Of a stretch of DNA of 64,000 nucleotides, positions 11,816-23,890 are shown one piece after another; positions within the stretch are counted from its first letter, which is position 1, and each line of letters begins with the position of its first letter. Both the position numbers and the translations under genes were made by a program. A model generated the notes under the pieces. It was not told the origin of the DNA, made no database searches, and saw only the letters and a list, made by a program, of their open reading frames with translations. The stretch lies in assembly GCA_019828565.1 (NCBI GenBank), contig JAHDYR010000012.1:1297780-1361779 (forward strand). Direction: 5' to 3'. This DNA comes from Carpediemonas membranifera BICM (Eukaryota; Protista; Fornicata).

Positions 11816-14800
11816 ATTGTGTTTATTTGTTGTGTCGCGGGTTTCATTGCGCTCTCACTTTCGGCCTGGTGCTACCGGGACATGCAGAGGGTTACCTCTG
11901 TCGGTTCCAGGAGCTCTACGCCTTGGTGCAGGCGCAGTGCTCTTTCCCTTTCCGCTGTGCGGGTCTCTTTGCGCCCGAAGTCGTGATAACTCGGATTTAG
12001 TGTGTACTAACCCAGATTTTGACTGGCTTGGGATCGCATATTCGTTTGTGTGGTAGTGTGATTTGGGTGCTTGAGCGTTTTTGCTGCGGCCTGGTGCTAC
12101 CGGGACACGCGGGGGAGTTCCCTCGCTGGTCCCAGGAGCTGTACGCCCCAGCTTGACCGTCAAGAGCCTGCTGCCAACTCCTCTGGTGTTCTGAAGGACA
12201 CTGCTGCCATTCTGAAGGCCTTTGTCGACGAGCTTTGTATTCCAAGGCCGTGTGGCAAGAGGGACAGTTTAATTTGAGTAATTCGGGAAACTTTACTGGA
12301 AAGATTTCTTAAATTGTTCTCCCTGAAACTGCCTGAACTACATTGATGTCAATGTTGTTAGTCCTTCCGGTTGGGGGCGCTCTCCTTGCGTGAATGGAAG
12401 GGACAGGTGTTTCGCATACCTGGACGATTACTCCTTCGAGAACTGCAATGCTAGCCGCTATCGCATGCGCATTGTGTTTATTTGTTGTGTCGCGGGTTTC
12501 ATTGCGCTCTCACTTTCGGCCTGGTGCTACCGGGACATGCAGAGGGTTACCTCTGTCGGTTCCAGGAGCTCTACGCCTTGGTGCAGGCGCAGTGCTCTTT
12601 CCCTTTCCGCTGTGCGGGTCTCTTTGCGCCCGAAGTCGTGATAACTCGGATTTAGTGTGTACTAACCCAGATTTTGACTGGCTTGGGATCGCATATTCGT
12701 TTGTGTGGTAGTGTGATTTGGGTGCTTGAGCGTTTTTGCTGCGGCCTGGTGCTACCGGGACACGCGGGGAGTTCCCTCGCTGGTCCCAGGAGCTGTACGC
12801 CCCAGCTTGACCGTCAAGAGCCTGCTGCCAACTCCTCTGGTGTTCTGAAGGACACTGCTGCCATTCTGAAGGCCTTTGTCGACGAGCTTTGTATTCCAAG
12901 GCCGTGTGGCAAGAGGGACAGTTTAATTTGAGTAATTCGGGAAACTTTACTGGAAAGATTTCTTAAATTGTTCTCCCTGAAACTGCCTGAACTACATTGA
13001 TGTCAATGTTGTTAGTCCTTCCGGTTGGGGGCGCTCTCCTTGCGTGAATGGAAGGGACAGGTGTTTCGCATACCTGGACGATTACTCCTTCGAGAACTGC
13101 AATGCTAGCCGCTATCGCATGCGCATTGTGTTTATTTGTTGTGTCGCGGGTTTCATTGCGCTCTCACTTTCGGCCTGGTGCTACCGGGACATGCAGAGGG
13201 TTACCTCTGTCGGTTCCAGGAGCTCTACGCCTTGGTGCAGGCGCAGTGCTCTTTCCCTTTCCGCTGTGCGGGTCTCTTTGCGCCCGAAGTCGTGATAACT
13301 CGGATTTAGTGTGTACTAACCCAGATTTTTGACTGGCTTGGGATCGCATATTCGTTTGTGTGGTAGTGTGATTTGGGTGCTTGAGCGTTTTTGCTGCGGC
13401 CTGGTGCTACCGGGACACGCGGGGAGTTCCCTCGCTGGTCCCAGGAGCTGTACGCCCCAGCTTGACCGTCAAGAGCCTGCTGCCAACTCCTCTGGTGTTC
13501 TGAAGGACACTGCTGCCATTCTGAAGGCCTTTGTCGACGAGCTTTGTATTCCAAGGCCGTGTGGCAAGAGGGACAGTTTAATTTGAGTAATTCGGGAAAC
13601 TTTACTGGAAAGATTTCTTAAATTGTTCTCCCTGAAACTGCCTGAACTACATTGATGTCAATGTTGTTAGTCCTTCCGGTTGGGGGCGCTCTCCTTGCGT
13701 GAATGGAAGGGACAGGTGTTTCGCATACCTGGACGATTACTCCTTCGAGAACTGCAATGCTAGCCGCTATCGCATGCGCATTGTGTTTATTTGTTGTGTC
13801 GCGGGTTTCATTGCGCTCTCACTTTCGGCCTGGTGCTACCGGGACATGCAGAGGGTTACCTCTGTCGGTTCCAGGAGCTCTACGCCTTGGTGCAGGCGCA
13901 GTGCTCTTTCCCTTTCCGCTGTGCGGGTCTCTTTGCGCCCGAAGTCGTGATAACTCGGATTTAGTGTGTACTAACCCAGATTTTGACTGGCTTGGGATCG
14001 CATATTCGTTTGTGTGGTAGTGTGATTTGGGTGCTTGAGCGTTTTTGCTGCGGCCTGGTGCTACCGGGACACGCGGGGGAGTTCCCTCGCTGGTCCCAGG
14101 AGCTGTACGCCCCAGCTTGACCGTCAAGAGCCTGCTGCCAACTCCTCTGGTGTTCTGAAGGACACTGCTGCCATTCTGAAGGCCTTTGTCGACGAGCTTT
14201 GTATTCCAAGGCCGTGTGGCAAGAGGGACAGTTTAATTTGAGTAATTCGGGAAACTTTACTGGAAAGATTTCTTAAATTGTTCTCCCTGAAACTGCCTGA
14301 ACTACATTGATGTCAATGTTGTTAGTCCTTCCGGTTGGGGGCGCTCTCCTTGCGTGAATGGAAGGGACAGGTGTTTCGCATACCTGGACGATTACTCCTT
14401 CGAGAACTGCAATGCTAGCCGCTATCGCATGCGCATTGTGTTTATTTGTTGTGTCGCGGGTTTCATTGCGCTCTCACTTTCGGCCTGGTGCTACCGGGAC
14501 ATGCAGAGGGTTACCTCTGTCGGTTCCAGGAGCTCTACGCCTTGGTGCAGGCGCAGTGCTCTTTCCCTTTCCGCTGTGCGGGTCTCTTTGCGCCCGAAGT
14601 CGTGATAACTCGGATTTAGTGTGTACTAACCCAGATTTTGACTGGCTTGGGATCGCATATTCGTTTGTGTGGTAGTGTGATTTGGGTGCTTGAGCGTTTT
14701 TGCTGCGGCCTGGTGCTACCGGGACACGCGGGGGAGTTCCCTCGCTGGTCCCAGGAGCTGTACGCCCCAGCTTGACCGTCAAGAGCCTGCTGCCAACTCC

Positions 14801-17800
14801 TCTGGTGTTCTGAAGGACACTGCTGCCATTCTGAAGGCCTTTGTCGACGAGCTTTGTATTCCAAGGCCGTGTGGCAAGAGGGACAGTTTAATTTGAGTAA
14901 TTCGGGAAACTTTACTGGAAAGATTTCTTAAATTGTTCTCCCTGAAACTGCCTGAACTACATTGATGTCAATGTTGTTAGTCCTTCCGGTTGGGGGCGCT
15001 CTCCTTGCGTGAATGGAAGGGACAGGTGTTTCGCATACCTGGACGATTACTCCTTCGAGAACTGCAATGCTAGCCGCTATCGCATGCGCATTGTGTTTAT
15101 TTGTTGTGTCGCGGGTTTCATTGCGCTCTCACTTTCGGCCTGGTGCTACCGGGACATGCAGAGGGTTACCTCTGTCGGTTCCAGGAGCTCTACGCCTTGG
15201 TGCAGGCGCAGTGCTCTTTCCCTTTCCGCTGTGCGGGTCTCTTTGCGCCCGAAGTCGTGATAACTCGGATTTAGTGTGTACTAACCCAGATTTTGACTGG
15301 CTTGGGATCGCATATTCGTTTGTGTGGTAGTGTGATTTGGGTGCTTGAGCGTTTTTGCTGCGGCCTGGTGCTACCGGGACACGCGGGGAGTTCCCTCGCT
15401 GGTCCCAGGAGCTGTACGCCCCAGCTTGACCGTCAAGAGCCTGCTGCCAACTCCTCTGGTGTTCTGAAGGACACTGCTGCCATTCTGAAGGCCTTTGTCG
15501 ACGAGCTTTGTATTCCAAGGCCGTGTGGCAAGAGGGACAGTTTAATTTGAGTAATTCGGGAAACTTTACTGGAAAGATTTCTTAAATTGTTCTCCCTGAA
15601 ACTGCCTGAACTACATTGATGTCAATGTTGTTAGTCCTTCCGGTTGGGGGCGCTCTCCTTGCGTGAATGGAAGGGACAGGTGTTTCGCATACCTGGACGA
15701 TTACTCCTTCGAGAACTGCAATGCTAGCCGCTATCGCATGCGCATTGTGTTTATTTGTTGTGTCGCGGGTTTCATTGCGCTCTCACTTTCGGCCTGGTGC
15801 TACCGGGACATGCAGAGGGTTACCTCTGTCGGTTCCAGGAGCTCTACGCCTTGGTGCAGGCGCAGTGCTCTTTTCCCTTTCCGCTGTGCGGGTCTCTTTG
15901 CGCCCGAAGTCGTGATAACTCGGATTTAGTGTGTACTAACCCAGATTTTGACTGGCTTGGGATCGCATATTCGTTTGTGTGGTAGTGTGATTTGGGTGCT
16001 TGAGCGTTTTTGCTGCGGCCTGGTGCTACCGGGACACGCGGGGGAGTTCCCTCGCTGGTCCCAGGAGCTGTACGCCCCAGCTTGACCGTCAAGAGCCTGC
16101 TGCCAACTCCTCTGGTGTTCTGAAGGACACTGCTGCCATTCTGAAGGCCTTTGTCGACGAGCTTTGTATTCCAAGGCCGTGTGGCAAGAGGGACAGTTTA
16201 ATTTGAGTAATTCGGGAAACTTTACTGGAAAGATTTCTTAAATTGTTCTCCCTGAAACTGCCTGAACTACATTGATGTCAATGTTGTTAGTCCTTCCGGT
16301 TGGGGGCGCTCTCCTTGCGTGAATGGAAGGGACAGGTGTTTCGCATACCTGGACGATTACTCCTTCGAGAACTGCAATGCTAGCCGCTATCGCATGCGCA
16401 TTGTGTTTATTTGTTGTGTCGCGGGTTTCATTGCGCTCTCACTTTCGGCCTGGTGCTACCGGGACATGCAGAGGGTTACCTCTGTCGGTTCCAGGAGCTC
16501 TACGCCTTGGTGCAGGCGCAGTGCTCTTTCCCCTTTCCGCTGTGCGGGTCTCTTTGCGCCCGAAGTCGTGATAACTCGGATTTAGTGTGTACTAACCCAG
16601 ATTTTGACTGGCTTGGGATCGCATATTCGTTTGTGTGGTAGTGTGATTTGGGTGCTTGAGCGTTTTTGCTGCGGCCTGGTGCTACCGGGACACGCGGGGA
16701 GTTCCCTCGCTGGTCCCAGGAGCTGTACGCCCCAGCTTGACCGTCAAGAGCCTGCTGCCAACTCCTCTGGTGTTCTGAAGGACACTGCTGCCATTCTGAA
16801 GGCCTTTGTCGACGAGCTTTGTATTCCAAGGCCGTGTGGCAAGAGGGACAGTTTAATTTGAGTAATTCGGGAAACTTTACTGGAAAGATTTCTTAAATTG
16901 TTCTCCCTGAAACTGCCTGAACTACATTGATGTCAATGTTGTTAGTCCTTCCGGTTGGGGGCGCTCTCCTTGCGTGAATGGAAGGGACAGGTGTTTCGCA
17001 TACCTGGACGATTACTCCTTCGAGAACTGCAATGCTAGCCGCTATCGCATGCGCATTGTGTTTATTTGTTGTGTCGCGGGTTTCATTGCGCTCTCACTTT
17101 CGGCCTGGTGCTACCGGGACATGCAGAGGGTTACCTCTGTCGGTTCCAGGAGCTCTACGCCTTGGTGCAGGCGCAGTGCTCTTTCCCCTTTCCGCTGTGC
17201 GGGTCTCTTTGCGCCCGAAGTCGTGATAACTCGGATTTAGTGTGTACTAACCCAGATTTTGACTGGCTTGGGATCGCATATTCGTTTGTGTGGTAGTGTG
17301 ATTTGGGTGCTTGAGCGTTTTTGCTGCGGCCTGGTGCTACCGGGACACGCGGGGAGTTCCCTCGCTGGTCCCAGGAGCTTTACGCCCCAGCTTGACCGTC
17401 AAGAGCCTGCTGCCAACTCCTCTGGTGTTCTGAAGGACACTGCTGCCATTCTGAAGGCCTTTGTCGACGAGCTTTGTATTCCAAGGCCGTGTGGCAAGAG
17501 GGACAGTTTAATTTGAGTAATTCGGGAAACTTTACTGGAAAGATTTCTTAAATTGTTCTCCCTGAAACTGCCTGAACTACATTGATGTCAATGTTGTTAG
17601 TCCTTCCGGTTGGGGGCGCTCTCCTTGCGTGAATGGAAGGGACAGGTGTTTCGCATACCTGGACGATTACTCCTTCGAGAACTGCAATGCTAGCCGCTAT
17701 CGCATGCGCATTGTGTTTATTTGTTGTGTCGCGGGTTTCATTGCGCTCTCACTTTCGGCCTGGTGCTACCGGGACATGCAGAGGGTTACCTCTGTCGGTT

Positions 17801-19829
17801 CCAGGAGCTCTACGCCTTGGTGCAGGCGCAGTGCTCTTTTCCCTTTCCGCTGTGCGGGTCTCTTTGCGCCCGAAGTCGTGATAACTCGGATTTAGTGTGT
17901 ACTAACCCAGATTTTGACTGGCTTGGGATCGCATATTCGTTTGTGTGGTAGTGTGATTTGGGTGCTTGAGCGTTTTTGCTGCGGCCTGGTGCTACCGGGA
18001 CACGCGGGGAGTTCCCTCGCTGGTCCCAGGAGCTGTACGCCCCAGCTTGACCGTCAAGAGCCTGCTGCCAACTCCTCTGGTGTTCTGAAGGACACTGCTG
18101 CCATTCTGAAGGCCTTTGTCGACGAGCTTTGTATTCCAAGGCCGTGTGGCAAGAGGGACAGTTTAATTTGAGTAATTCGGGAAACTTTACTGGAAAGATT
18201 TCTTAAATTGTTCTCCCTGAAACTGCCTGAACTACATTGATGTCAATGTTGTTAGTCCTTCCGGTTGGGGGCGCTCTCCTTGCGTGAATGGAAGGGACAG
18301 GTGTTTCGCATACCTGGACGATTACTCCTTCGAGAACTGCAATGCTAGCCGCTATCGCATGCGCATTGTGTTTATTTGTTGTGTCGCGGGTTTCATTGCG
18401 CTCTCACTTTCGGCCTGGTGCTACCGGGACATGCAGAGGGTTACCTCTGTCGGTTCCAGGAGCTCTACGCCTTGGTGCAGGCGCAGTGCTCTTTTCCCTT
18501 TCCGCTGTGCGGGTCTCTTTGCGCCCGAAGTCGTGATAACTCGGATTTAGTGTGTACTAACCCAGATTTTGACTGGCTTGGGATCGCATATTCGTTTGTG
18601 TGGTAGTGTGATTTGGGTGCTTGAGCGTTTTTGCTGCGGCCTGGTGCTACCGGGACACGCGGGGGAGTTCCCTCGCTGGTCCCAGGAGCTGTACGCCCCA
18701 GCTTGACCGTCAAGAGCCTGCTGCCAACTCCTCTGGTGTTCTGAAGGACACTGCTGCCATTCTGAAGGCCTTTGTCGACGAGCTTTGTATTCCAAGGCCG
18801 TGTGGCAAGAGGGACAGTTTAATTTGAGTAATTCGGGAAACTTTACTGGAAAGATTTCTTAAATTGTTCTCCCTGAAACTGCCTGAACTACATTGATGTC
18901 AATGTTGTTAGTCCTTCCGGTTGGGGGCGCTCTCCTTGCGTGAATGGAAGGGACAGGTGTTTCGCATACCTGGACGATTACTCCTTCGAGAACTGCAATG
19001 CTAGCCGCTATCGCATGCGCATTGTGTTTATTTGTTGTGTCGCGGGTTTCATTGCGCTCTCACTTTCGGCCTGGTGCTACCGGGACATGCAGAGGGTTAC
19101 CTCTGTCGGTTCCAGGAGCTCTACGCCTTGGTGCAGGCGCAGTGCTCTTTCCCTTTCCGCTGTGCGGGTCTCTTTGCGCCCGAAGTCGTGATAACTCGGA
19201 TTTAGTGTGTACTAACCCAGATTTTGACTGGCTTGGGATCGCATATTCGTTTGTGTGGTAGTGTGATTTGGGTGCTTGAGCGTTTTTGCTGCGGCCTGGT
19301 GCTACCGGGACACGCGGGGGAGTTCCCTCGCTGGTCCCAGGAGCTGTACGCCCCAGCTTGACCGTCAAGAGCCTGCTGCCAACTCCTCTGGTGTTCTGAA
19401 GGACACTGCTGCCATTCTGAAGGCCTTTGTCGACGAGCTTTGTATTCCAAGGCCGTGTGGCAAGAGGGACAGTTTAATTTGAGTAATTCGGGAAACTTTA
19501 CTGGAAAGATTTCTTAAATTGTTCTCCCTGAAACTGCCTGAACTACATTGATGTCAATGTTGTTAGTCCTTCCGGTTGGGGGCGCTCTCCTTGCGTGAAT
19601 GGAAGGGACAGGTGTTTCGCATACCTGGACGATTACTCCTTCGAGAACTGCAATGCTAGCCGCTATCGCATGCGCATTGTGTTTATTTGTTGTGTCGCGG
19701 GTTTCATTGCGCTCTCACTTTCGGCCTGGTGCTACCGGGACATGCAGAGGGTTACCTCTGTCGGTTCCAGGAGCTCTACGCCTTGGTGCAGGCGCAGTGC
19801 TCTTTCCCTTTCCGCTGTGCGGGTCTCTT
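11816..19829. repeat. Tandem array of a 654-656 bp unit (12 full units plus the start of a 13th)
   Basis: Unit starts (ATTGTGTTTATTT) at 11816, 12471, 13125, 13780 ... 19021, 19676. Units differ by homopolymer length; I saw one substitution (17380). Confidence 0.98.
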
Positions 19830-19892
19830 TGTCACGGTAGTTTAGACCATTTTTACCTTTAGACGGTTTACCTATAAACAGTTCGCTTCACA
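19830..19892 (+). repeat. Gypsy-1 5' LTR
   Basis: TGTCACGG...CTTCACA, identical to 30468-30530. Confidence 0.96.
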
Positions 19893-19913
19893 GTATTAAT
19901 ACTAGTCATTGCG

Positions 19914-20377
19914 ATGTCCCTGACGTTTGAAACTCCGTCAATCGATACCGAAACAGCTACCTTTGAGTCCCTCCAAGACTTCAAGGCCAAAGCCACAATA
20001 TTCCTCGACACTCACAAGAAACTCCCCTTAAGCATCCTCCTTTCCCCGTCAACGCGTTTAGAGCTACAAGCGGATGACCATGACCCCGCTACCATCAAGT
20101 TGGACGCGTTCATCGCCTGGGTGGAGCAGCGCCTTATGCCTGATGACGTCCTACAACTGACGAAGGACCTAGCCGCCCTAAAGGCCCCTACAGCAACCCC
20201 GGGCCCTCACGCGCTCCTCAGCATCACCCGCCAACACGCCGCCACCGTGCGTACCCGCCTCCAACTCTTCGATAAGCTGGCAGACGATGACGACCTACTC
20301 CAAGATCTACCTGAGGACAGTACTCCCGGCGACAACTTCTCTCGCTACGCGGGGAAGTGCTTCGTAAAGGGCCTAGG
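19914..20377 (+). CDS. gag: Gypsy-1 gag N-terminal part (interrupted)
   Basis: Removing 20378-26723 joins FVKGLG in frame to PSVLQKQTRAL of ORF 26734. Confidence 0.85.
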
Positions 20378-21278
20378 AAAGAAAGAAAGAAATTTATGGT
20401 GCTTGGATTCTGACCCCGGACTGAGCTTGTTTCCCGTTGTCTTGGAGCTGAGTGCCCCGGGGTACTGCCTATTTCCCGTGGCAAACTGGTCAGCAGCGTT
20501 TGCCTTGGGCTTTCGGTGCTACTGTCTCCGCGGAAAGCCGATTCCAATCGCCCCAGAGGCCCTGCGGCCATCTCCGTGCAAATATGCTTTCCTGTCTCCC
20601 TGAAAGTCCGGCAACTATCCGGGGAGCCTGGGGGTCTGTCCTCGGGGCATTGACAGGCAGGATCGTCCTGCAGAACCTTGACTATGACACTCCTTGCTTC
20701 CCTGCAGTCCTTGTAGAGCCGTTCAGCCACGGCACCCTCTCGTCTGTCCGGTTCCCCAATTCCATGCCCCCTCGACTCTGTTAAGAGGCCTACCCGAAGG
20801 CGGGGAAAGTGACTAAGTCCATGCTGTCTACCCCGGTTAGGTGGCGTGGGTCAGCGGCAGCCCCAGGCACTAGGCCTGGTTGTCCTGTTACCCCTTACAA
20901 CATTTCGCTTGCACTACATGTCCTTGGTTTCCCATGTCGTTAACAAGGGCGGCAGGGGCACCTGTGCCCCTCCGACCCCCGTGGCCAGTCCCTGCAGTTT
21001 CCTTGGGGTCCCAACGAGTGGTGCAACCATATGAATATGGATTTCCTTGACCTTATCCTTGCTCTGTCCTTGTTGCATGTCCTTTCTTTCTTATTTCTGG
21101 TCTGTCCTTCCTGTTAATTCCTTGCAGTCGTTCCTTCCCTTGCTTTGGTTCCTGGCTACCGGGATACGTGGGGCCTTTCCTCACTGATCCCAGGAGCTTA
21201 GCACCAGCGAGGGTGGTCCATGGCTGATTCCTTGTCCATCCCTTCCCGGTCCTGGAGTCAGGGGTTCATGACATGCTT

Positions 21279-22397
21279 CTATTCCACCTTGAAGCTGTTG
21301 TAAACCTTTGCCAGTTCCCGTAGTCCTGCCGTGAGGCCTTCCCAAATGTCTATTTCTGTCCATGGGGTTCGCTGGAGTTCGCTCCACACTCCGTTCCCGA
21401 ACACTTTGTCCCTTGCCTTTGCTCCCCTGTTGTTCACTGGGTCGCCCATGCATGCTCTTATAGTCTCTTCCCATTGGTCCGAGCTCTTGATCCTGTTCAG
21501 CTTTGAGACTGTGACTGGCCCCTCCTTCTTTTTCATGGGCCAGGTGTGCACCTCGGGTATGGCCAGAGCCACGTCTCGCTCACTTCTGCCATAGTACCGT
21601 TGTTCCTTCCATGCTAGTGTGATTCCATTGTGTGCTGAGCCCCATACCCCGACCTTCTGAGACTCTACCACCTCAATCTCCGCCCCCTGGATTCCTGGTG
21701 TTGTCACTGCAAAGTCCGGGGTTGATGTTCCTGATGTGAGCGTCCCAGACTTGGGTATGATGGCTTTGAGCCTGTGCTTCTCCATCATATCCTTCCACCG
21801 GGTGGATCTTTCCATCTGGCCTGGGTCGATGTTCCAGTCTCCCATAATTATGGCCTCCATGCTCCCTTTCATGTCCATGATCTTCTGTATAGTGTCCCTG
21901 AATCCATCCTTCTCCTGCTTGCTGTGGCCGGATGGAGGGCCATACACGTTGATGACTAGTATGTCCCTGCCGGTTCTCATTATGCTGGCTTGCACTCTTC
22001 CCGATAGGCTGTCCGTTATGCCGATGTCCCACTTTGCAGTTGCGTGTGGGCTCACTCTCGTGCCGATGCCTTCCCTTGTTCCCTTCCATCTTGGCGCAGG
22101 TTCGTCATTGCCTGCTATGCCTAGTTGTCGGTTGATGCGGTGCTGACTTTTGACATCCGCCTTTCGTTTTTCGTTGGCTAAGACCAGGTCCTCTTCCGTC
22201 TCCCTCCCTGCTAGTGCGTAGTCAAGGTCCATGAAGCAATGAACCCTCGTATTCGCCGTTCTCCATGTCTCTTGTATGAGTACTGCCTCTATGTCCTTCA
22301 ACCTTAGCTGAATCGCCGTTGCCATAGACGCCGTGAAGTCCTTTCCTCTTCCTATGTGTCCCTCTGTGTTCAGACTAAGTATCTTGTAGGTTACCAT
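21279..22397 (-). CDS. Apurinic/apyrimidinic-like (EEP) retrotransposon endonuclease
   Basis: LSLNTEG, LIQET, INVYGP, MGDWN, PDF and SAH (canonical SDH) motifs in the expected order. Confidence 0.88.
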   Translation of the reverse strand: MVTYKILSLNTEGHIGRGKDFTASMATAIQLRLKDIEAVLIQETWRTANTRVHCFMDLDYALAGRETEEDLVLANEKRKADVKSQHRINRQLGIAGNDEPAPRWKGTREGIGTRVSPHATAKWDIGITDSLSGRVQASIMRTGRDILVINVYGPPSGHSKQEKDGFRDTIQKIMDMKGSMEAIIMGDWNIDPGQMERSTRWKDMMEKHRLKAIIPKSGTLTSGTSTPDFAVTTPGIQGAEIEVVESQKVGVWGSAHNGITLAWKEQRYYGRSERDVALAIPEVHTWPMKKKEGPVTVSKLNRIKSSDQWEETIRACMGDPVNNRGAKARDKVFGNGVWSELQRTPWTEIDIWEGLTAGLRELAKVYNSFKVE

Positions 22398-22728
22398 TGC
22401 CTTTGTCCTGTTTCCTTATCCTGCGAATTCCCAGAATTTGGGAGCCCCAGCTTCCCGCTCCTCTCCTGCTATCCTTGTCCTAACAAGGGGCCTAGATGCC
22501 GGTCTCGGTGACCCTTGTCAGGCCAACCTTGTTACCACCTGGTGACCTTCCATTCTTCGGGCAGGGTACTTAGGAGGGGGACGATATGACGTGACCCCCC
22601 TTTGGCTGCCGCTACAGCCTACCGGCAGTGCATTTCAGCTAATGCCGGGCCCTGGGTGGGAGCCAGGGCTTGTGAATTATAAAGAAAATGTTGCTTGTTC
22701 CTTGAAAGAATACTGCTTTACCATGTCC

Positions 22729-23679
22729 TTACTCCTCCTCCGTGGACTCCCCACTGCCGCTGCAGCTGTCCTCGGCCTGACTCACTTGCTGTCCTTGTAG
22801 ACTCTGCATTACCGTGATGAACTGGGTCATCAGGTCCATGGGTGAGATCTGCTTGGCCTTCTTAGCCTTCTTGTGCTTGTGCCGGGGGATCGTGGGCTTC
22901 TCCTTGCTGGGCTTAGTCGCGACGCCGGAGAGCACCAACCTTCCGTGGCCTTGCTCTTGCATGAGTCGGGCAGCCTTGAGCGCTGAGATCTCTTGTTGCG
23001 CCTCTGCCAACTGCTTTCGGAGCCGCAGCTTCTCCGAGTCCATGCCGGTTGCCTGTCTGCTTCCAGACTCCCAGTCCATGTCCTCTTCGTGCCTGCTTCT
23101 CTTTCCGCTGTCCGAGTCCATGATCCTACTCGTGCTGCCCTCCTTGCGCTTGAGCGTCGTGGAGGAAGAGTGATCCTTGCTGTTGTCCATGCCTCCCTCT
23201 GAGCCTCTACCGGCCCAGGTGTTCCCGCTGAACGAGCCTCTCATCTGCGTTCCCGTGTTGTCCTGTCTCTCCCTGTCGTCTCCTCCGTGGTTACGATCCG
23301 AGGTCCTGTTCATGTTACCAGCTCTGTCGCCGGTTCTGTCGTCAGCTCTGACACCAGCTCTACCGCCGGCTCCGTGTCCTACCCTTCTGTCCTCTTCCCT
23401 GTCTCCATGCTGGTCGTGATGTCCTTGATCCGCGTCCTGGCCGAAGTGCCTGCCCACCATCCTGGTGCTAATCCGCCTCGCCTTTTCCTCCAGGCCGTTG
23501 TCGAAGAACCTACTTTGGTATGGCTGTTCGGACTTTCCGTCGATGGTGGGGACATACGTGATGCCTGGGACATTGACTGTGTTGGCTCTGGGCTCGTCCG
23601 GGATAGCTGCCGAGACTAGTCTGGCCCCTTCCTTGCGCATGCGGCTTAGGATGGTCCCAGCCTCGCTGACCCTGACCAT
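22729..23679 (-). CDS. Low-complexity / coiled-coil ORF of element A (ORF1-like, 316 aa)
   Basis: ATG-started ORF rich in R/G/D/S with coiled coil EKLRLRKQLAEAQQEISALKA; lies directly upstream of the APE ORF. Confidence 0.55.
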   Translation of the reverse strand: MVRVSEAGTILSRMRKEGARLVSAAIPDEPRANTVNVPGITYVPTIDGKSEQPYQSRFFDNGLEEKARRISTRMVGRHFGQDADQGHHDQHGDREEDRRVGHGAGGRAGVRADDRTGDRAGNMNRTSDRNHGGDDRERQDNTGTQMRGSFSGNTWAGRGSEGGMDNSKDHSSSTTLKRKEGSTSRIMDSDSGKRSRHEEDMDWESGSRQATGMDSEKLRLRKQLAEAQQEISALKAARLMQEQGHGRLVLSGVATKPSKEKPTIPRHKHKKAKKAKQISPMDLMTQFITVMQSLQGQQVSQAEDSCSGSGESTEEE

Positions 23680-23890
23680 GCCCCCAGTCTCTCGGGATGA
23701 AGCTCGCCCCTAGGGTGATCCTACCCCCTGTTCCTGGGGGCCTTGACGTTGACTATGACCTTCTCATAGTCCCTGAGGCTCTCTGCTAGGTCGTCGCAGC
23801 CCCAGACTCCTTGATGAGCCGTAGCCTCCTTCGAGGGCCACCACTCGTATAGCATGGCCATGGTTATGATGTCCTCCTCCCTTGCTGCCC

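Noticed and set aside
12090-12160. HDV-like ribozyme reading of the repeated motif (CCCTCGCTGG, GGTCCCAG)
   Set aside because: I could not build consistent P2/P3/J4-2 elements in all four variants; kept only as an unclassified structured motif.
11816-19829. The many short repeated ORFs, and a CRISPR-like reading of the array
   Set aside because: The ORFs change with homopolymer length and show no recognisable domain. Units are identical with no variable spacers and no cas genes.
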